Assembly (NCBI GenBank): GCA_027925225.1 | Contig: AP027131.1 | Coordinates: 30,001-62,000 of the forward strand | Source of the DNA: Candidatus Saccharimonadota bacterium | GTDB taxonomy: Bacteria; Bacillota_I; Bacilli_A; Mycoplasmatales; Hepatoplasmataceae | Direction: 5' to 3' | DNA length: 32,000 nt | Shown here: piece by piece, positions 30,162 through 32,000 of the stretch | Layout: each line of letters opens with the position of its first letter | Position numbering within the stretch: position 1 is the first letter of the stretch | The notes under the pieces: model-generated | The model's database searches: none | What the model was told of the DNA's origin: nothing | Seen by the model: the letters and a program-made list of their open reading frames with translations, nothing else | Made by a program: the position numbers and the translations under genes

Positions 30162-32000
30162 ATGAAAACACCAAAAGAAAAAGTTATAAAAAATAAAAAA
30201 AATAAAACTATTAAATATTATTCAATTTTTAAAAAATCAGAAATAATAGCTCAAAATGTTTTATTAAAATCAGAAATTTTTCGTTCTTTAAAAGAAAAAG
30301 ATTTTAAAAATAAAACATTAGAATTTAAAAAAAATATAGCAAAAGAAAAAGATTTATTAAATGATGATAATTTTATAATAGATGTTTTTGCGCTTGTTCA
30401 TGCTGCTATTTTTAATGTTTACAAAATTTCGTTATTTAAAGTACAAATAATGGGAGCTTATATTCTACATATTGGGGATTTAGCTGAAATGAAAACTGGA
30501 GAAGGAAAAACTCTTACAGCAATCCTTCCTGCATATTTAAATTCGCTTTTAGGTAAAGGGGTTCACATTATTACAGTAAATGAATACCTTTCTGAACGTG
30601 ATGCTTTTAATACAGGTAAAGTATTTAAATATTTAGGACTTGAAACAGGTTCAATTAAATCAACACAAAATCCACTTCAAAAAAAAGAAGAATATCACAA
30701 AGATGTTACTTATATTACCAATTCAGAAATTGGATTTGATTATCTTAGAGATAATATGGTAAGAAATATTGAAGATAAAGTTCAAAGAGGATTTTATTAT
30801 GCAATCATTGATGAAGCGGATTCAATTTTAATTGATGAGGCAAGGACTCCTTTGATAATTTCTGGTGGATTTAAAGATGATGAAAGAGATTATTATGAAG
30901 CAGATAAATTTGTAAAAGAATTAGATGATGATGATTATGTAATAGACAGAGAAATTAGACAAGCATATCTTACTGGAACGGGAGTTAAAAAAGCACAATA
31001 TTATTTTGACTTAGAAAATCTATATTCATATAAAAATTCAAAATTAGTTCATTTAATCTCAAATGCATTACAAGCAAATTATATTTTTAAATATGATGTT
31101 GATTATACGGTAAATGATGAAAAAATTATTCTTATAGATTCTTTTACTGGTAGGTTATTACATGGTAGACAATTTTCTGAAGGATTAAATCAAGCAATAG
31201 AAGCAAAAGAAAATGTGAAAATAAATCCAGAAACAAAAGTTTTTGCTTCTATTACTTATCAAAATCTTTTTAGAATGTATAAAAAATTATCAGGTATGTC
31301 AGGTACCGCTTCCTCAGAAGAAGAAGAATTTTTAGATATTTATAATATGCGTGTTCTTGATATTCCCACAAATAAACCAATTATAAGAAGAGATTTAGTA
31401 GATGTTATTTTTGCAACAAAGGAAGCAAAATATAATGCAGTAATTTTAAAAATAAAAGAAATTCACGAGACCGGACAACCAATTTTATTGGGTACAAGAG
31501 CTGTTTCTGAATCTGAGATTCTTTCAGAAAAATTAAAAGAATTAAATATTCCTCATGAAATTTTAAATGCTAAAAATCATGCAAGAGAAGCAGAAATTAT
31601 TACAAAAGCTGGTGAAAAAAATACAATTACAATTGCAACAAATATGGCGGGACGTGGAACTGATATAAAACTTGGAGATGATGTTATAAAACTTGGGGGA
31701 TTATTTGTTCTTGGTACTGAGAGAAATGAATCAAGAAGAATTGATAATCAATTAAGAGGTAGATCTGGACGTCAGGGTGATATTGGATATTCACAATTTT
31801 ACATTTCTTTGGATGATGAAATTATGCAAAGAGCAGGCCTTAAAAGAATTCAAAAATTTTTAAAATCTTTAGATGAAAATCCTATCACATCAAGAACAAT
31901 TCAAAAATCAATTACATTATCACAAAAAAAAATAGAAGGCTTAAATTACGATTATAGGAAAAACATTATTGAATATGATGATGTTTTAAATTCCCAAAGA
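30162..32000 (+). CDS. secA: preprotein translocase ATPase SecA (3'-truncated at window edge)
   Basis: Not in the track because no stop falls inside the window. Frame 0 is open from ATG 30162 to base 32000. Motifs: AEMKTGEGKTL, ITVNEYLSERD, IIDEADSILIDEARTPLIISG, TNMAGRGTDIKLG, RRIDNQLRGRSGRQGD and EYDDVLNSQR. Confidence 0.96.
   Translation, partial: MKTPKEKVIKNKKNKTIKYYSIFKKSEIIAQNVLLKSEIFRSLKEKDFKNKTLEFKKNIAKEKDLLNDDNFIIDVFALVHAAIFNVYKISLFKVQIMGAYILHIGDLAEMKTGEGKTLTAILPAYLNSLLGKGVHIITVNEYLSERDAFNTGKVFKYLGLETGSIKSTQNPLQKKEEYHKDVTYITNSEIGFDYLRDNMVRNIEDKVQRGFYYAIIDEADSILIDEARTPLIISGGFKDDERDYYEADKFVKELDDDDYVIDREIRQAYLTGTGVKKAQYYFDLENLYSYKNSKLVHLISNALQANYIFKYDVDYTVNDEKIILIDSFTGRLLHGRQFSEGLNQAIEAKENVKINPETKVFASITYQNLFRMYKKLSGMSGTASSEEEEFLDIYNMRVLDIPTNKPIIRRDLVDVIFATKEAKYNAVILKIKEIHETGQPILLGTRAVSESEILSEKLKELNIPHEILNAKNHAREAEIITKAGEKNTITIATNMAGRGTDIKLGDDVIKLGGLFVLGTERNESRRIDNQLRGRSGRQGDIGYSQFYISLDDEIMQRAGLKRIQKFLKSLDENPITSRTIQKSITLSQKKIEGLNYDYRKNIIEYDDVLNSQR

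Overview
Very A+T-rich Mollicutes-type chromosomal segment (composition judged by eye, not counted) that must be read with translation table 4 (TGA=Trp). The supplied ORF track uses the standard code, so it splits most genes at in-frame TGA codons. After reading through TGA I get 31 CDS (30 on +, 1 on -), one tRNA-Ser(GCU) and the small SRP RNA. I found no rRNA, CRISPR array or recognisable mobile element. Content is mostly housekeeping and follows the origin-proximal gene order known from Bacillus subtilis. In order: a 5'-partial orphan ORF; cdaA-deoD-mgtE; tRNA-Ser; cls; recF-gyrB-gyrA; a coiled-coil/PD-(D/E)XK (DUF2130-like) gene; serS; an antisense GIY-YIG gene; ffs-dnaX-recR-tmk-(166-aa ORF in the holB slot)-rsmI; a RecB/Cas4-like PD-(D/E)XK gene; tsaC-glyA-upp; a complete atpIBEFHAGDC operon; a 77-codon membrane ORF missed by the track; and secA (3'-partial). 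I do not see a convincing multi-gene novel system. The best leads are listed here. (1) Three isolated nuclease-fold genes lie between core genes: GIY-YIG at 14387-14965, DUF2130-like at 11614-13074 and PD-(D/E)XK at 19481-20410. (2) The DUF2130-like gene contains a near-perfect in-frame 120-bp tandem duplication. (3) A 166-aa protein sits where holB is expected and has no recognisable motifs. (4) ATP synthase beta has charged repeat-bearing extensions. (5) The gyrB-gyrA spacer has a layout resembling a small RNA. All product calls come from motif recognition by eye, since no searches could be run.
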